Program-made: the position numbers and the translations under genes
Source of the DNA: Candidatus Latescibacterota bacterium
GTDB lineage: Bacteria; Latescibacterota; UBA2968; UBA8231
DNA length: 64,000 bases
Direction of reading: 5' to 3'
NCBI GenBank assembly: GCA_965261395.1
Contig: OZ253462.1
Location: 1,312,001 to 1,376,000 of the forward strand
In this document: one piece after another, positions 61,823 through 64,000 of the stretch
How the letters are laid out: the number at the start of each line of letters is the position of its first letter
Numbering within the stretch: position 1 is the stretch's first letter
Notes under the pieces: model-generated
The model's input: the letters and a program-made list of their open reading frames with translations, nothing else
Databases searched by the model: none
Told to the model about the DNA's origin: nothing

Positions 61823-61890
61823 GAGTGCTCTGCAGCGTGGGCGGCGAATTCCTCGAACTTGCCGATATAGGTCCCTTCTTCGGTGGGCAT
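61819..61890 (-). CDS. 23-aa leader or remnant peptide coupled to the helicase
   Basis: aggag-N5-ATG; MPTEEGTYIGKFEEFAAHAAEHS*; its TGA overlaps the helicase ATG (ATGA). Confidence 0.45.
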   Translation of the reverse strand: MPTEEGTYIGKFEEFAAHAAEHS

Positions 61891-62126
61891 GGTTGCTCCT
61901 CGTGGCTTGGGTTGGTCGTAGGATTTAAGGCGACGGGGATGACCGGGGCAAGTCTTTGCCAGCTATCGCGTGGGCAGAGCTTAGAAAATACCGCGGTGAA
62001 ACTATCGGCTTTGATAATGTCGTTGACGCCCTGTAGTTTACAATACGGAACGGCGGTCGCGTCTCGATTATGAGGCCGGCCGCGGGAAGACGTGGGCGAC
62101 CGAGCAAAATCCCAGCAAAGGCGAAT

Positions 62127-64000
62127 GTGACAGCAGCCCAACCACAGCGCGGCGTTTCCAAACGGGCGGTTTTTGTCGGCCTGCTCTGCGCTACTGCGAT
62201 CTCCTGCGGGGAATCCTATGGCACGCTGGTGGTGAGAGGTTCGGCTATGGCCGCCGATTATTCCACTGGTGCTGCCATCTTCCTGTTCTTTCTGCTCACT
62301 TTGCTGCTCAATCCCCTTGCTCATCTGCTCACCGGTTCGCGGCTGCACAGCGGCGAGTTAGCGACCATTTACATAATGATGATCGTGGCTTCGGCGATTC
62401 CCTCTTGGGGTTTCGTTATGAACTTGATCCCGTTTTTAGGGGGGCTGTTTTACTTCGCCACGCCGGAGAACGACTGGGCCAATATCATTCACCCGCACAT
62501 CAAACCCTGGCTCGTGTCCCAGGACCGCGCGGCGATCTGGAAGCTCTTTGAGGGGGCGGCGCGCGGCGAGCCCGTGCCCTGGGGGCTGTGGCACAAGCCG
62601 ATGTTGGCTTGGGGGTTCTTCATACTCAGCGTTTATTTCGTCACGCTCTGCATGCTGGTCATCCTGCGCAAGCAGTGGATGGAACACGAGCGCCTGCTCT
62701 TCCCGCTCTCGGTCCTGCCGCTCGAATTGGCCCAAGGGGAGCAGGGCCGTCTGCTGCCGCCGTTGCTGCGCAACTATCTGACTTGGGTCGGCTTTCTGCT
62801 CCCGTTTCTCATCAATCTCGTCAATGGCCTGCACTCCTACTTCAACTACTTCCCCTTCATCCAGTTGAATACCCCGCTGCGTTTTCTGCGCGAATCCGTG
62901 CGTCTGAACCTTTACCCGCGCTTCGAGGTCATCGGGCTTTCGTATCTGTTGAGCCTCGATGTCTCGTTCGGCGTGTGGTTCTTCGCCTTTCTCGCCTATG
63001 TCCACACTGGGGTCGAGCGGCTGTTTGGCTGGAGCATTGGCCCGTCGCAGCCCTACTCGATGCCCGCTTCGGCCAGCGTCGCCCACCTGGCGCAGGGCGC
63101 AATGTTCTTCCTAGTCTTTTCCAGCCTGTGGGCCGCGCGCCAACATATCGGCGACGTGCTGCGCAAGGCCTTCAAGCGCGATCCGGCGATTGACGATAGC
63201 GGCGAGATGCTCTCGTACCGCACGGCCGTACTGGGTTTTATCTTCGGGTCGATCTTCGCCGTGTGGTGGCTGGCGCAAACCGGCCTGCAGTTCGGCATTG
63301 CGCTTTTTTACTTTCTGCTCTGCTTGGCCACTTTTATCGGTTTGGCGCGTATTGTCTCCCAAGCCGGCCTCGCCTACGGTGTGTCGCCGGTGGCCCCGCC
63401 GGTATTTATGGTCACGGCGCTTGGGCCGACCGCGCTTGGAGCGAGCGGGCTGACGGCGCTCGGCATGAACTTCCCCTGGACAGCCGATTTGCGCACCTTC
63501 GTCATGGCCTCGGCGGCGACCGGCCTCAAGATCGCCGAGGTTATGCGTTTGGAGACCCGGCGGCTGTTTTGGGCGATCGCCGCGACCATAGTGGTCACTC
63601 TGATTTCCGCGGCATGGATGGTTACCACGTTGGCGTATAAATACGGTGGCATCAATCTCGGGGGTTGGGGTTTCGGCGGCTTGACCCAACTGACGGGTAA
63701 CTGGATCGCACACAATATCAACAACCCGGAGGAAATCTACGGCTGGCACCTCATCTACACCGGCATCGGCAGCGTCGTCATGGCCGTGCTGAGCTTTCTC
63801 AAGGCGCGTTTCGTCGGCTTCCCGATCCATCCCATCGGCCTAGTCCTCGGTCTGACCTACCCGATCAGCCAGATTTGGTTTTCGGTCTTTATCGCCTGGG
63901 CTTTCAAAGCGGTCATTTTGAAATACGGCGGGGCCAGGGGCTATCGCCTGCTGCGCCCGCTCTTTCTCGGCATGGTGCTGGGCGCTTTTGGCTCGGCGGG
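62127..64000 (+). CDS. DUF6785/DUF6784-type polytopic membrane protein (runs off window)
   Basis: Absent from the ORF track (no stop in window). YFATPENDW, ILRKQWMEHERLLFPL, FPIHPIG, LKYGG...YR..RPLFLG; alternative start ATG 62070. Confidence 0.8.
   Translation, partial: MTAAQPQRGVSKRAVFVGLLCATAISCGESYGTLVVRGSAMAADYSTGAAIFLFFLLTLLLNPLAHLLTGSRLHSGELATIYIMMIVASAIPSWGFVMNLIPFLGGLFYFATPENDWANIIHPHIKPWLVSQDRAAIWKLFEGAARGEPVPWGLWHKPMLAWGFFILSVYFVTLCMLVILRKQWMEHERLLFPLSVLPLELAQGEQGRLLPPLLRNYLTWVGFLLPFLINLVNGLHSYFNYFPFIQLNTPLRFLRESVRLNLYPRFEVIGLSYLLSLDVSFGVWFFAFLAYVHTGVERLFGWSIGPSQPYSMPASASVAHLAQGAMFFLVFSSLWAARQHIGDVLRKAFKRDPAIDDSGEMLSYRTAVLGFIFGSIFAVWWLAQTGLQFGIALFYFLLCLATFIGLARIVSQAGLAYGVSPVAPPVFMVTALGPTALGASGLTALGMNFPWTADLRTFVMASAATGLKIAEVMRLETRRLFWAIAATIVVTLISAAWMVTTLAYKYGGINLGGWGFGGLTQLTGNWIAHNINNPEEIYGWHLIYTGIGSVVMAVLSFLKARFVGFPIHPIGLVLGLTYPISQIWFSVFIAWAFKAVILKYGGARGYRLLRPLFLGMVLGAFGSA

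Overview
Bacterial chromosomal window, mostly GC-rich. The gene content (paralogous FlgD-Ig-tailed secreted proteins, several PhyH dioxygenases, Gfo/Idh/MocA oxidoreductases, a DUF6785-type membrane protein, tandem double UvrA) suggests an FCB-group organism such as Ca. Latescibacterota; this is inference only. A housekeeping core (tRNA-Val(GAC), rlmH, D-Ala-D-Ala carboxypeptidase, NamZ-like, GT2, DUF2723, uvrA, thpR, SDR) is interleaved with accessory hotspots. The main unannotated structure is an integrase-less, integron-like cassette array at about 16.3-22.4 kb, just downstream of the tRNA. It has an attI-like site, three attC-like sites sharing an unusual asymmetric architecture, matching core/inverse-core pairs, and a half-site in front of a GH5 gene. 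Its cargo is a GHKL ATPase-nuclease, orphan genes, a PhyH and a phosphotransferase. Other highlights: a tandem-duplication scar at the uvrA/isomerase divergon that rewires promoters around an ATPase + GIY-YIG pair and a RelE-type TA; a BrnT toxin whose partner is an antitoxin-like N-terminus fused to FRG + TPR; a nested IS5-in-IS1595 with passenger ORFs and a structured RNA-like leader; a poly-G frameshifted membrane gene; and several end-joined deletion scars. All family assignments come from motif recognition by eye; no searches were run.
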